Shown piece after piece: positions 1 through 13,451 of a stretch of DNA of 64,000 nucleotides. The translations under genes and the position numbers were made by a program. Where the stretch lies: assembly GCA_038496445.1 (NCBI GenBank), contig JALMLS010000228.1:310001-374000 (forward strand), given 5' to 3'. Position 1 is the stretch's first letter; each line of letters begins with the position of its first letter. The DNA comes from Trichosphaerium sp. ATCC 40318 (lineage: Eukaryota; Protista; Tubulinea). The notes under the pieces are model-generated. The model did no database searches, was not told where the DNA came from, and saw nothing but the letters and a program-made list of their open reading frames with translations.

Positions 1-2657
1 CTCTTTTCGAAGTACGTCTGTTGCAAAAAAGAAGAAAACCCAAAAAAAAAGAAAAAAAGAAGAAAAAAAAGGAACTCTTCACTTCTCCAGAACTTATTTA
101 TTTCTAGAACGAACCACCTGCATGGGAAGTTAAAAATAACTACCCAAATGACCTTGTGCTGAAGTATAGGATTGCTTTTTACAATCCAAGAATCGGACAA
201 AACCCAAGCCAACAAGTATGAATTCTTTTGGGTTTTTGTAAGCGTTATTTATCACTCATTGTTTTTGTAGCGAGCTATTATTGGTGTACTTAGTCATAAT
301 TCGAAACTCCCTTATGTTATTTTTGGTCCACCTGGTACAGGTAAAACTGTAACAGTCGTAGAGGCTGTGAAACAAATGTACAACAAGGCACGTGTCAGTA
401 CATCTTTCGCTCTAACTGTTCATGTTGCTGCGATGTTACACCTCCAACCTGAGGTTACTGTACTCTACTTACGTCTGATATTTTTATTAAACAGAAACAA
501 ACTGTTCTTGTTGTTGCTCCCTCTAACAGTGCCGCTGATCTTCTGGTGGAACGCTTAGGGCATGGTTAGTTAATATCTAGCTCATCTTTTCTGTTTTTTC
601 CTGATATCCTTTTTTAGGAGGGCCTATTCCTCGTACTCAGTTGTTTAGATTGAATGCGTATAGTAGGAACCCAAGAGAGGTATCAGATATTGTTAAGAAG
701 CACTCTATTATTGGAGACAATGATCGGTTTGCTATGCCAACTTTAGCTCAATTAAAAACAAAACGTGTTGTCGTATCAACTGTTGTATCAGCCGGCTACG
801 TTTATTCATTGGGGATTGAAAAAGGTACGCGGAGCAAACCCCAAGACATCTTCTAATAACTTGATCCACCACATCGTATTTTTTTCTTGTTTTTTCAGGA
901 AACGTCTTTTTTCGTAAGTGAACGATTGCTCTTTACTAATTTCTCTACTTATAAGGGTTTTACGACTGTGTAGTAGTAGATGAAGCAGGTCAAGCAACCG
1001 AACCTGAGCTGCTTATAGCAGCATCTTGCGCCGGACCAAAAACAAAACTAGTACTTGCAGGTGATCCAAAACAACTCGGTACAAAATTTCAACTAAATCA
1101 TTATGTGCCTCACTAATCGCTAAAAGGTCCTATCATCCGTTCTAAGATTGCTGTAAGCTATGATTTGCACGTGAGTCTTCTTGAAAGGCTTCACAACATA
1201 GAGCCTTACAAGTATGTCGATAACGGAGATGTCGGAACTTATTGCAATGGCTATAACAAGAACTTCATTACAAAGCTCACTTATAACTATCGATCTCATC
1301 CTACTCTTCTTAAAGTACCTTCTGCTTTATTCTACAATAATCTTTTGGAACCAAAAGCAGATCCTCTAAGGACAACTTGTTTAATGAATTTTGAGAAATT
1401 ACCAAATAACAAAATTCCTTTCATCTTTCATGGTTGTGTTCATGGGTACGTTTTCAATAAAATTATTTATCACAGCGAATGCCTAGTGTTTAAGCTAGTA
1501 AAATAGGGTAGTATCATATCTTTTATGATACATCTCTTTCTGATGAAGCATCGTTTCTTTTTTTTTTCTTAATTTGTTTGTTTCGTTTTCTCGATCTAAT
1601 TTTTTGCTTGTTTAGTAAGGATGAGAGGGAAGGTAATAGCCCTTCTTGGTTCAATGCTTTTGAAGCTAAACTAGTATTTCAATACATACAAGCACTATCT
1701 TTCATGAGAAAGAACAGACCAAGAATGGAAGAAATCGGTACACATAGTGGTTGTTCTTTTGCTAGCGTAGTGCTTTTCTTTTGCATTTTTATGTCATTGA
1801 CACGCGTATTTTTACATAGGTGTTATTGCTCCATACAATAAACAAGCAAAGAAGATACGTGATGTGTTATACGCATCTGGATATGAAGGCGTAACTGTTG
1901 GACCTGTGGAAATCTTCCAGGTACACTTTTTTATTTTTGTTTATTGAAAATCACAACTTTTTTTTGGTCAATGCTTGCTTTATGCTATGTTTGGTTTTTT
2001 ATGCATTTACCTACAATACTTCTATATATTCCATTTTTCAATTCCCTTGAAAAAAGGCCTCATAAAAATAGCATTAGTGCGAGAAAATAACAAACGAAAA
2101 AGCTTGACCTCTTTTTTTTTACCTCATTTTTACTTGATGTCAGTCTTCGTTGCTGGCTACCCTTTGTCTCAAGATTATTCTAATATTCGATATTTATAGG
2201 GCCGCGAGTATAAAGTTATAATCATAAGCACTGTAAGGTCATCTCACAAACACATTGACTTTGACTACAAGTACAACTTGGGATTCTTAAAAAATCCAAA
2301 AAGGTTCAACGTAGCTATAACAAGAGCACAAGCACTTCTCATTGTCATTGGTAATCCGCTAGTATTATCATGTGATGAAAATTGGTCTCACCTTATCGCA
2401 TACGCACTAGCAAACAAGTGTTACACAGGTACGATAGCAAGCAATAGTAGCAACCTCAAAATTCCGACAACAGAAAAAAAAAAAAGAAAATATGAGAAAA
2501 CTAACGTCAGATTATAGGAGACAGCTTCGACCCAAAGAAGGAGTTACCAGGAAATCGTATACTTGATGCGCTTCAAGTAGAACAAAATGATGATGATGAC
2601 GAGGACGTGGAGGCATTTGAACCTAACTTAGAAGCACCTTTTAACCGTAATGAATAA
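1..2657 (+). CDS. MOV10: MOV10/SDE3/Armitage-like SF1 (Upf1-like) RNA helicase, multi-exon, 5' end outside window
   Basis: Spliced motifs PYVIFGPPGTGKT, VLVVAPSNSAAD, DEAGQATEPE, LAGDPKQLGP, SLLERL, KLTYNYRSHP, EREGNSPSWFN, GVIAPYNKQ, FQGRE..VIIISTVRS, LGFLKNPKRFNVAITRAQALLIVIGNP; stop TAA at 2655-2657. Confidence 0.92.
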
Positions 2658-2773
2658 AACTAAGGATGGAACAAATAAACTGAATAAAGAGTTCAACACA
2701 AAAAACTCCAATTAACAGAAGTCGTTTGGAAAATAAATGATTTTACTGTATTATTGAAAATACAACAACATTA

Positions 2774-5253
2774 CTACATACGTATTTGGTACTCGCCATT
2801 TTGGGTAATGTAACGTACCTATAAAAAAATATAAGCACCAAAAAAAAAAAAAAGTTCAGTGAAGAAGAAAGAAAAGAGTGACTAAATTCAACGTTTTTTG
2901 ACTTTACAAAACGACTAGGTCATTTGTAATCAATACAACATTGTGCATATTGCATGTACAGGCACCGTACAAAGTTTAAATAATGAATAAAATAATGTTG
3001 TAAGTACTAAGTGTTCTTGAAAACCAAAACAAACAAAAAAAAAAGATAAAAAAAACCGTACCCAAGGTAATGCTCTATAGCCAGACTTTTCCAGAATCTT
3101 CAAGTATCGCACTTGAATACCAGATACAGTGTAATAAGGGATTTCATACTTGACTGATATTGGCTTTTTCTTTGCTGAACCATCATCTAAACCGAGCAAA
3201 AGCAAGTAAGATAATTTGCTTGTAAAAGCAAAAACCAAAAAAAACATTCTTTCACAAAAACCCTTACCATCGCTGATTGAAGGAAGACCCATATGAGCAC
3301 GCATGAGGTATTCCTTACCGCCAGGGAAATGCTTAATACTCCAAACAATAGCATCCAATTCAGGAGCGTATCTCACATCACCAACATTAGTCTAAAAAAA
3401 AACATCAACCACCTTGCTTACGATATAAAAAGAACACAAAAAAAATCCATTGCAAGTTAGTTATCAGTACCCTGAACTTTGGTGAATCAGCATCACGAGG
3501 TACTGGGATAATAATCTCTACATTATTTGCGGTAGATCGAGATTTGAATTGAGAGCGAGCCTATAGAGATAAAAAAGGTAAATATATTGCAAGTAAAGAG
3601 AAGATATTACTGTTTCTTTACAACAAAAAACCCCGGTACCTTGATGAGGTATTCTACTCTACTACGCTCGTGAATATCAACTACAGCTTCGATCCAGATC
3701 AAAGGCTTAACAGAGGTAGATAGACGGTATGACATGAGCTCAAATTCGCCATCTGAATTAGGGATTAGAGAAGGTCAAAAAACCAAAAACAAGCTTGTTT
3801 TGACTTACCTGGTGGAATAAAAGAAATAGTTCTATCAGACTCAAACTTTGATAGTTTTACGCATTGATGGAATGCTACATCTTCAAGATCGATAGCTTTT
3901 TGATTGGTTCCTGTAGAAACGAGTTAAAAATAGTAAAAATAAAAAAAACAATGACACTTACGTCTTCTGTTTTGCTCAAAAAGGATTCTGTCATTAAGAC
4001 CCAACCTCAATTCTGGCATACCACTAAGCTTAGATTTTATCCTAAAACATTATAAGCATCAAAATCAAAGCACAACTTTACACAAAGGGCAACAATAAAC
4101 GCGAAAACGTTTTCTCGTTTCACTTCTTCAAAAATAAAGGCGTACTTAACAGCACCAATAATTTCAGAGCGAATAAGTGTTCCATTGCTTGCAACAAGAA
4201 GGTTGACTTTCTCAATAACATCAAGGAATACCTAAAAGAGAATTAGACGTTAAGTTACGACTTTTTTTGTTTCAAAAAATGAGTAAAAACACCCTCAGAG
4301 GATGTCACAAACGCTCAAGTCCGCGATTTAAGATCAGGCGGGTTTTCCTAGTACCTCGTTCTTTTTGTATTTAATACCGTCTGGACGCCATCCTACGACA
4401 CCAGTAGCAGCTGTAGGTACACGCACTTCGGCTTTGTGTAGTTGATGAGATTGTTGAGTGATATACCTAAACAGACTATGAGCTAGAACAAGCGGAGTAA
4501 CAGAAAATCGCTCGGACTGAAAAAAAATCAAAAACTTTTACTAAACTTTACGAAATGCTCCGTTTCGATCAAAAAGTAGACGTTGATGTCTACAATGTAC
4601 AGTACACTGTTCGTAGGGACCGTGTCACCGGTAATTTATTTGAAAACGGGTGTAAAAACGCAACGAAAGAAAAACCAGTCGCTCCACGTACTCTTTAAGG
4701 ACTTTAGATTCAGAGAGCTGTGGGTATCCAAAGTCTATCATTTCATCAAGCAACTCGTAGGTTATTACAAAGTTATCACGTATACTCTCCTCTTCTAACG
4801 ATGAAAAGTACTCTTCTAGCACCTGGTGATGTATTTAGCGCTTGCGTTTGAGTAATACAACTTGGCAACGTTTTAGCTTATAACGAACCTGAATCAGTTT
4901 ATATATGAACATTAGAGCCATACAAGCGTCGGCGTTGTTTCTCGTCACTGTCAAGACTAAAAGGTATTTAATTCACTAATTGATCGTTGCGTAGCCAGCA
5001 CAGTAGCGTCCGCAGGGTATCTAAAAAAAAAAGAGCACTGTTTGAAACACGCACAGTAGAGATTGTTATGCTTGACGTAGATGTAATTAATACCATCGTC
5101 TTCGAATATAGGCTTTAAATTCAACTCGTCCTCTTCTGTGAGTTTTGCATTAAAACGTTCAACAGCAACTGAGGCAGGAATGTCTCCACGGTAGTCGCGT
5201 GATATAATAAGGCGCCCTCTAAGATCTAGAACAAAAAGCGCTGACACTGCCAT
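2774..5253 (-). CDS. AP1M1: AP-1 clathrin adaptor complex mu subunit, multi-exon
   Basis: MAVSALFVLDLRGRLIISRDYRGD, LEEESIRDNFVITYELLDEMIDFGYPQ, WRPDGIKYKKNEV, KFHQCVKLSKF, FIPPDGEFELMSYR, SGIQVRYLKILEKSGYRALPWVRYITQNGEYQIRM*. Confidence 0.96.
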
Positions 5254-5337
5254 GTTTGAAAGTGTTACAAGACTAAACTGCCAAAGTCAACGGCTGTCTT
5301 TTGAAAAAAACGCTGAGAAATCAAAGGTGAGGACTTT
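5254..5337. promoter_or_regulatory. Very short bidirectional promoter region between AP1M1 and the PPR gene
   Basis: Only 84 bp separate the divergent ATGs; similar gaps at 13333-13451 and 52045-52172. Confidence 0.5.
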
Positions 5338-7276
5338 ATGAGGTCTTTACGTGCTCTTGGCACTTATTCAGTGCGTTATACGCGCAAACAAAGTAATTCG
5401 ATGCGCGTATGCGTCCCTTGTCAAAAGAAGATACAAAAGAGGTCTATCTTCCTCACTAGACCACTAAAAATGAGATATAGCGGGTTTATGAGGGAAGGTA
5501 ATTGATATTACCCGTTTAGGGATTCTAACAAGCTTGTAGAACCGGTAAAAAAGCTATACACACAAGGAGATTTGTATGACGAAGTCAATAAATCTGTATG
5601 TACAAGTATAGTGAAACTATATCACATTGACTGTTATTAGCTCATGAATGTACTACCTGAAGTGAAATCCGAAAAAGAAATCGCGTCGGTACACTTGACA
5701 TACACTAAACTCATAACCTAAATACAACTAGTTTGTAACCAATTTGCACAATGTAGTTATATCATACGATGTATCTATAGTCCTTCTAGAGGCTATGTTA
5801 TTAATAGGAGTTCAAAAGACGCTGGTACAGTAAAGTTCAAAAAAAAAAAACCGTTTAAATCGCTTTTCCTTCTATCAACGCGAAAAGCAGCGAGAACTAA
5901 TATGAATATCAGTACAAAGAAGTATTCTATAAAATTTCGAAAGATGTTGGATTACACGCTGAACACTATAGACTTTTTATACGTATTGGTGATGTAAGAA
6001 ATATATACGATGTAATGAAACCGTACGACAATCAATTGCAAGAAAAAAAAAATCAAAAAAAGTTGTTTTTTGCTATTCCTCTGAACCCTCACGTGATTTT
6101 TCATTATTTTTCTTAGAGTTACGTATCAATATAATAATTCCTTTTTCGTGAGAGCTCTAAGAGTTCCAGTTTTGTTTATAAATGAGAAAAAAACGAGAAT
6201 TTGAAGCAAGAAGTTTTCCGAATTTCTCAAGAAATTTAAAGATTTATTAGGTTGTAGCAACACTTATTGTATTTTTTAGGCTATACAAGGAGATGTTGTC
6301 AAAAGGAAGTGAGTATTTCAGTTTAAATTTACACGTGCAAAGAGAGAACTATAGTTTTTTGTTATTGCGACTAATAGCCTTATCTTACATGTCTTACTAG
6401 TGCTTCCTGATGTATCCACCTATAACATTATGCTTAATGCTGCAAAAAGAGAGAGAGATTATGACTTTGTACCTTATCTGCTACGTTCAGTAGATCCTGG
6501 CGCAGCTACTCTTCCAGCAAATAGATACATATCATCGAAACTTAAAAGTACGCGAACATTTTAATGTTTACAGCATTATTTCTGTCTTGTTCTTTACGGA
6601 CCTTATGTGTTTACTTTTGGAAATCTTACACTTTACCTCATCAGAATATACAGTGTATATGTGTATAGAGTATGCTTTAGCGAAATTGAATGATAATAAA
6701 GGAAGTACTGGTGACGATATTGTAGCTTATATTTTGGAAGTTTTTTTCAAAGATATACAAGTTAGAGAAGTTACTCTGAATAAAAAAATATGGCTAGCAT
6801 TAGAAGATAAGCGTTTCAAATTGATAGTACGTAATACCTTATATCTCTTACCGTTAAAAAATCCATTTTTCATTCTTTGCGTGCTGTGTAATTATACCCG
6901 CACACCATTTTATTTCTTTTTTTGTTCTTTTGTTCTTTTTTTTTTTCTAAACTCACGTTGATGTGGTGTTGAAAAAAGGTGAACGAGTTTCATCATTTCT
7001 AATCAGTTCTGATTAAAGAAGAGCGTTTGTTTAGTTGTATTTGGACAATGTTACTTTGTAACGTTACAAAACGAGTCATCTTTCTTATTTTTTTTTATGT
7101 TTTACCAACTTTTTTTTTTCTAGAAGGATGAAAACAACTTTAATGACAAACCTTTATTTCAACTATTACCAAAGTATGTGAGATATAAGCAAGATATAAA
7201 AATACAAGACATTACAGCTCCTATTAAAGAAGAATCAGAGTTTGATCCTTGGGTTGGATTAAGAGCAACAATGTAA
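5338..7276 (+). CDS. PPR-repeat protein with basic presequence-like N-terminus and C-terminal H15 (linker histone globular)-like winged helix
   Basis: Spliced LYKEMLSKG|MLPDVSTYNIMLNAAK is a canonical PPR motif; exon 6647-6827 YTVYMCIEYALAKLNDNKGSTGDDIVAYI...LNKKIWLAL resembles H15; N-terminus MRSLRALGTYSVRYTRK has no acidic residues; internal exons approximate. Confidence 0.6.
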
Positions 7277-7525
7277 GATGAATAATACTAAAACATCATA
7301 AATAAAAACTTTTTGGTTTGTTGTATGTAACAAGTCTGTGCGAGTCATCTCATTGTTTAACTTTACATCAACCAGACTTTTCAAAATTAAAATGGTGGAG
7401 ATTTATTGGTATTATTCAGTTCTATGATGCATTACAGAAAGCGTTTAGCGCCACAGCATAGGTTAAACTTCACAATTGTAAAGCACGTGTTGACTTGTAT
7501 TCTTTGATGGTTTCATTTTCGTTTG

Positions 7526-9374
7526 TTAATGTATTATGTTGCCACCGAGTGAGAAAATACCTGATGGCTTGATTCTCTCCATACTTTGCCAAAAAGGAAT
7601 ACCTGGTTCAGACTGTGACATATATCCTTTCTGGAGAGAACCATGGATGTAATTGCCATCAAAGGTCAGGAAACCATTTCTGGTCCATTGTTTTTCACGT
7701 CCATGTTTCTTGCCTTCCTTGTAGTTGGTTTGCTCATTCAACTGACCGCTTTCATACCACCTTGTGTGTTCTCCTTCTTCTTTGCCGTTATCAAAAGAAG
7801 CTTGTATCTCTAATTGGCCGTTGGAGTGCCACACTCTTATTTCTCCGTGTAATTTGTTGTTGACAAAGTTGGCCTTTTGCTCCAGTTGGCCATTGTCATG
7901 CCACTTGATCAGCTTGCCTTCTAGCTCACCTTTGTCAAATTCACCAATCATCTTTACCTTCCCGTTGGCATGCCACTTCTTCAGTTCTCCATTTATTTGA
8001 CCATAAATGCATTGAGAAAAAGAGTCTAGCCGTCTTAGTCTGATTGTAGCATTTTGTTGTGAAGCACGTGAGGAGTAACAGTGTAATTTTGAGTGACTAT
8101 TGCTGTATGACGGCCTGTGATATGATTCTTTTGTTCTGTCATCCACAAAATTATACTCTACTTCCAATTGACCATTTGAATGCCAAGCCCTGTGATTTCC
8201 AGACAACCGACCAAGGACATAATTACTTTGCAGTTCAAGTTGGCCGTTGATATGCCATTTCTTGAGCTCACCATGTATCTCATCAAAGAGACAATAGCAT
8301 TGAATATTTACTTCGCCAGTCTCATACCATTCCTTGTACTCTCCGAGTTGTTTTTCTTCAGTGAAATACCTCTTTGCTTCCACTTTCCCACTCTTAAACC
8401 ATTGAGTGGTTATTCCTTTCGGTTTGCCGTCCTCAAAGTGTTGAGATAGTTTTAGTTGTCCATCATCATACCATTCTTTAAGCTCTCCTTCAATTTTACC
8501 ATTTGAGTACTGACATTGCTCTTCCAATTGGCCGTTCTGATACCAAGAACGGTAAAGCCCATCGCGGTTTTTGGGAGAGAAGCTACAGTGTGAAGACAAG
8601 TGACCGTTTTTATACCAAGATTTGCAAATTCTATGCGATTTACCAGAACGATGTCCATGTTTGTCCTCTTCAACCTCAATCTTACTTGAGAAGTGAGATT
8701 GTGTCATCAGCTGCCCGTTCTTGAACCAATGGCTGAACTTGCCATCACGTTGTCCGTGATCATAGTTGCTCTCTTCCATCAGTTGCCCATTATACCAAAC
8801 CCTGTGCTCGCCATGTAGTTCCTCCTCGAAATAGGTGCCTTTCTCTAACATTACGCCACTTTTGTCCCACTTTTCAAACCCTCCATGCATGAGGCCATCA
8901 GAGTATGTCATGCGCTTTAACATTGTTCCATTTTCGTGCCAAGACTTGAATTCTCCGTCAAGCTTGCCATTTTTGTAGGTACAATCCTCCACTAGTTGGG
9001 TTGCATGCCACTTTTTAAACTCCCCATGCTTTACACCGTGCATCCAACTCTCTTTGAGTACAATCTGTGATTTCGAATTTGTACTATCATTCTCGCTTTT
9101 GACAACTTTACGTTTTTCCCATTCCCCGTGTCGTTTCCACTTGTCGTCAAATCTGGTGGTCGTTGCCGTATGCTTAGATAACAAAGGCCACTTTAAGGAA
9201 ACTTCAGTGTCCAGATCGACTATCTCCAGTTGCAATTCGAGTGGAAGTCTCAGCAGTAGTTGCTTAGAGCTATCTATCGTTGGTTCGTTGGTCTATTGAT
9301 GCGATTAATGACTGATATAATCTTGTGCGTTGATTAATAAGTAATCGTACCTTTGTTAAAGTAGGAGGTTCCAT
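7526..9374 (-). CDS. F-box-like + MORN-variant (MORN_2/YwqK-type) repeat protein
   Basis: Roughly 20 repeats of type G.L.G.(F/Y)K.W(H/Y).NGQL; frame extends upstream of the listed ORF to LLLRLPLELQLEIVDLD (F-box-like); short first exon MEPPTLTK (ATG 9374) joined by a phase-0 GTACGA..AG intron. Confidence 0.85.
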
Positions 9375-9522
9375 ATGCTCTATCACGTAGATTATTGGCT
9401 TTTGTAGAGGTGTTGCAATACTTGTGTGGTAATAAAATATCTGTTTATTCTGATTGAAATTAGAAAAGTCAAGAACAATCAAGATGGGAAAAAAAAATAC
9501 GTAATTCTCGTAAAAAACGCAA

Positions 9523-12500
9523 TCAAAAATCAATCAGTTCATTGAAACAATGCTGTTCTGATGGAAAGGTGGCGTCGTTAACCCTCACTACCAAGTCCTT
9601 TTGGAGATCAACAAGTACTTCCACTATTTGCAGTTTTGTCAGTTCTAACTGCATTAACGAAGCTTTACTTTTTCGTTTTCACAACAATGCTTTTTCTTTT
9701 CGTTTAGATTTAGCAATTTGTTTTATTGTGGTTATACATTACCAGCACCAACAATAGGCGCTGGATTCGAAAGTGTCGCAGTCATAGGCGCATAGTTATA
9801 GGTGGGAGAGTTGTAGGAGTCAACGTTGTTGGCTTTGAGGTAGTTGGACTGTATGTTGTGAAGGTGTCAAAGCATTGCTCAAACTCACACTATAACAACA
9901 TCAAAGTAATAAATAAATTCCGCTGTAGTCTATTTTTGCTCTATTTTTATTTAACAATTCTCCACGTGCTTGGAACCTTTTTTGCTTTTTTTTTTTGGGT
10001 GTTATGTTGTACCAACATAGCAAGCAGCTACTGACTTTATAAATAAGTTTAAAAATCTGGAACCAGCGCAAGGCATCATCAAATACTCAGTATCACTAAT
10101 AGAGCTTATAGTTTTAGGTATAGTGTCCTCACTTGTTGATCCAAACGTATAGTTTACTTCCTGTCAAGAAAGTTAATGCAACAAACTTAGCCTTAAAATA
10201 TCGTTGTTTGGTTAAAAGCTATATTTATAAAACACAAAAAAGCGTACGCCAGTGTTATGTGCTATACGTTGATGGTGAATTTTGCCATTTCTTGATACTA
10301 CGAAGAAGCATTAACATATGACTTAACCATCAATTTAAGCATACCTTTAGATATCGTAAATGCTCCAGGAGAACGAGTCGAGAATCTTAAATGTATGTTA
10401 AGTTGTGCATATAGCATAGAGTGATGCAAGAAATTAATGTGAAACAATGAACGTACCTGACAAGAAAAGTACCGGCGATTTTGTTCGATAGTCTATTTTC
10501 AGCTTCTCTTGTTGTTATATCTCCATGGAACCACGGCTTGGACATCAGATCACGTATCTATTAAACAAATGAGCATACATTGAAAAAAAAGAGGCTTACC
10601 TTCTCGAATATTGCCAACTGAGACTTCTGTTCGTTGGGTACTATACAAAAACTTAACAACAAAAAACACAACAAACTTGAGTCACATACGTTCTAATGGA
10701 CCAAACCAATCTAAAAGACTTCCAAAATCTTCTATGGATACATAAAGATCACTATCTAGAGCACCTTCTTTTCGTGCTAAATGAGAGGAAGAGAGTCAGC
10801 AAACAGCGGGAGGGGAAAAATGCCCAAATTCTTACCAACTAATATCTTTAAGCATTCAATACTCTGATGTAAGTGTGTATCATTTTTAACATCAGGATGA
10901 TCCATCATGTACATATCGGATATAGGAATATGACTACTATGTATCTCCATTGCTTCACCAAATTCATCCATGAATTGCTTCCAGTGTATCCTCCCTGAAG
11001 CCTTATCATCCGCGTTAAGTTAAGTCACTCTTACACCAAGTACCTTTTTCAAAAAACAATCTGTCCAAAACTTTCTTCCTACTGGATCACGAATAGCATA
11101 ATCTACTATAATCTTATCCAATGTCGCTACTATATATCGTGCTGAAGGCCTTTACAATAGTGATTAATAAAAATAAGATAACAGAGGCCTTTTAAACGAA
11201 CCTCTCTTCTGGATCTTTAGCCCAGCACTTTTCTATTAATTCTCGAAGCCTAAGTACTACTTAGCCTCAGACAACATCACAAAAAAAAAGCGAGCGAGCA
11301 AGTACTGTGGGTTTGTATTGTTGGGTATAACAGGCCTAACATTATCATTGCATACTGCATTTACAAAAGAGTCTATATCATCAAATCCTTCCTCTTCATA
11401 TGGCTCTTCTCTAGAAACAAGTTCCCAAAGAACTAAATATTTATTTAATTGTAACGAATTATCACATGATTTTTCAGTATTCTTGTCGTGAAACACGCAC
11501 CTATACCAAAGCTATATATGTCTACCTTATGATTGTATTCCTTTTTTAGTAGAAGTTCAGGAGCCTTAAAGAAAAATTAGTCAAACAAAGAACACAAGAG
11601 TGATTGATTAAAAGTATTGCTTACCATCCAAAATAATGATCCTACTTCACCTTCATCACGCAAGCTTTCACCAAAAACAAGACGCTAACTTGTATATTAC
11701 ATACAAATGTTGGAGTGATATATTACGTACAGTTGTGAGACCAAAATCGCTCACTTTAACGCGTAAGCTTGAATCAACAAGTAAATTACTTGTCTTTAAG
11801 TCTCTGTGTACAAAACACGTGGCCCCTTCGTGCAACCAATTTAATCCAAGAGCAGCATCCTTTGCCATTCGCATACGTGTGAGCATAGTCAAATTAATAT
11901 CTGAATGTTAGAGGTTAACAAAAAAACAAACAAGTCTGAGAGATCAGTTTAAAAGTCTTTTAGACTTTGTAGTTACCTGAATCTTGCAGAATACTCTCTA
12001 GATCCATCTCCAGTAATTCGGTTACGACTGACAGTTCACCAGGAACAACTACAGCGCCCATCTAATAAATTTATGATGAATTAATTAACGTTTTTCTCTT
12101 ATTTTAATAAGGAGTATAGATTACGTACGAATAGGCATATATTTGGATGAAATATGGACGAAAGGACGCGTATCTCCTCTTTAAATTTCGCCAGTTCTTC
12201 AGCGTTTAAATCCTGCTTCAATAGTTTTTTAATGGCCACCACCTTTTCTCTACAACGCCCTGTGGATGAATTAGCGCTTAAAACTAATAATCAAGTGACA
12301 CCTTTATAAACAACGCCAAAACTGCCGTCACCGACTGCTTTCTCTATTTCTAGCTCGTGAGGAGCAATTTCAGGTGGTCCTAAACCTGTTTCCGGCATTG
12401 AAATGTTATTATACATCTGAGCGTTAATTAGAACAGTTTACGCCGACAGTTGTGTACCAGCTTTATTTTAGCTTCTTGTGAAGCTGTAGTTAACCCTTCA

Positions 12501-12550
12501 GTTGCTTCCTTTTCTTTTTTTTGCTTATTACGCGCCATTAGCGCCCTCAT
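9523..12550 (-). CDS. Shk-like TKL protein kinase with C-terminal SH2 domain, multi-exon (last exons tentative)
   Basis: VGDGSFGVVYKG, VAIKKL, FHPNICL, VHRDLKTSNLLVD, VKVSDFGL, WMAPELL, DIYSFGI; SH2 WFHGDITTREAENRL...GTFLVRFSTRSPGAFTISK; architecture matches Dictyostelium Shk kinases. Confidence 0.88.
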
Positions 12551-12673
12551 TGTGTAAGAATTTCGACAGCTTACGCTTTTAGGCTTGTGTACACTTTTAC
12601 AAAAAAAAACGACTGAAACTTAACATAAAGCCAACTGTACTCAAAAATTGTTTTATTCACAAATAACAATAGT

Positions 12674-13332
12674 TTATTGCAATTCTAAAGATAATAAGTG
12701 AGATCTTAACGGAGAAGAATGTCATTGATGTGAAAAAACAATGTACCTGCAAATGGCAGCACCATACGCTTGCCTTGAATACGGCAATTGCCACCAGATA
12801 CATCACAAGTGTAGCCGTTTGGACAACAATGAATTTCGTCCGCACAGCATATACCATTGCGGTATGGGCAGCAACCAGTTCCGTCAGACATGTTACAACA
12901 TGTGTCTTGCTCTGGACAAGTGAATGGTTGACATGCGGACACATTGTCCTAAACGGAGTAAGTGTGGTTTTTTTCGTTATTGCAGTAATACCTTAAGGTC
13001 TTTAGGTATCATTTTTACCTCATCGCCATGTAAACCAATGCAAGCTCCTCCTAAGGTTATTGTCAGAGTAAGAAATGGCAATATAAAATTCTGTACTGCT
13101 TAGATCGCAAGTATAGCCTTTAGGGCAACAGTTTAGGCCATCGGAGCAACATTCCGCATTTTCTATAGGGCAACACCCAAATGAGCCTAGTATCGCCTTA
13201 GGATTACCGCCAGTCGTAGTTACACTCACCTTCATAGCCACAGCATGTGTCCTTGCTTGAACAAGTGCCAGCTGGGCAGTATTGACTCAGTACCACGTAA
13301 ACGCACGCCAATAACAAAAATAACACTTTCAT
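12674..13332 (-). CDS. Secreted progranulin-like protein with two granulin modules
   Basis: Signal peptide MKVLFLLLACVYVVLS; CSSKDTCC..GCCPIENAECCSDGLNCCPKGYTCD and CPEQDTCC..GCCPYRNGICCADEIHCCPNGYTCD. Confidence 0.9.
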
Positions 13333-13451
13333 ACGTTCCGAGTTTGCAAACAAAGCGAATAAAGTGGAATTTCGCTTGGTTTTTCTGGTCAAATGTCTTA
13401 GAAACTCAGAATTTAGTTCAAACTAAGGGTGTTACGTAGGTACGACTTTTT

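Noticed and set aside
7526-9235. Bacterial toxin-antitoxin (YwqK) module or bacterial contamination
   Set aside because: No adjacent toxin gene; flanked by spliceosomal-intron genes and appears to have its own 5' intron
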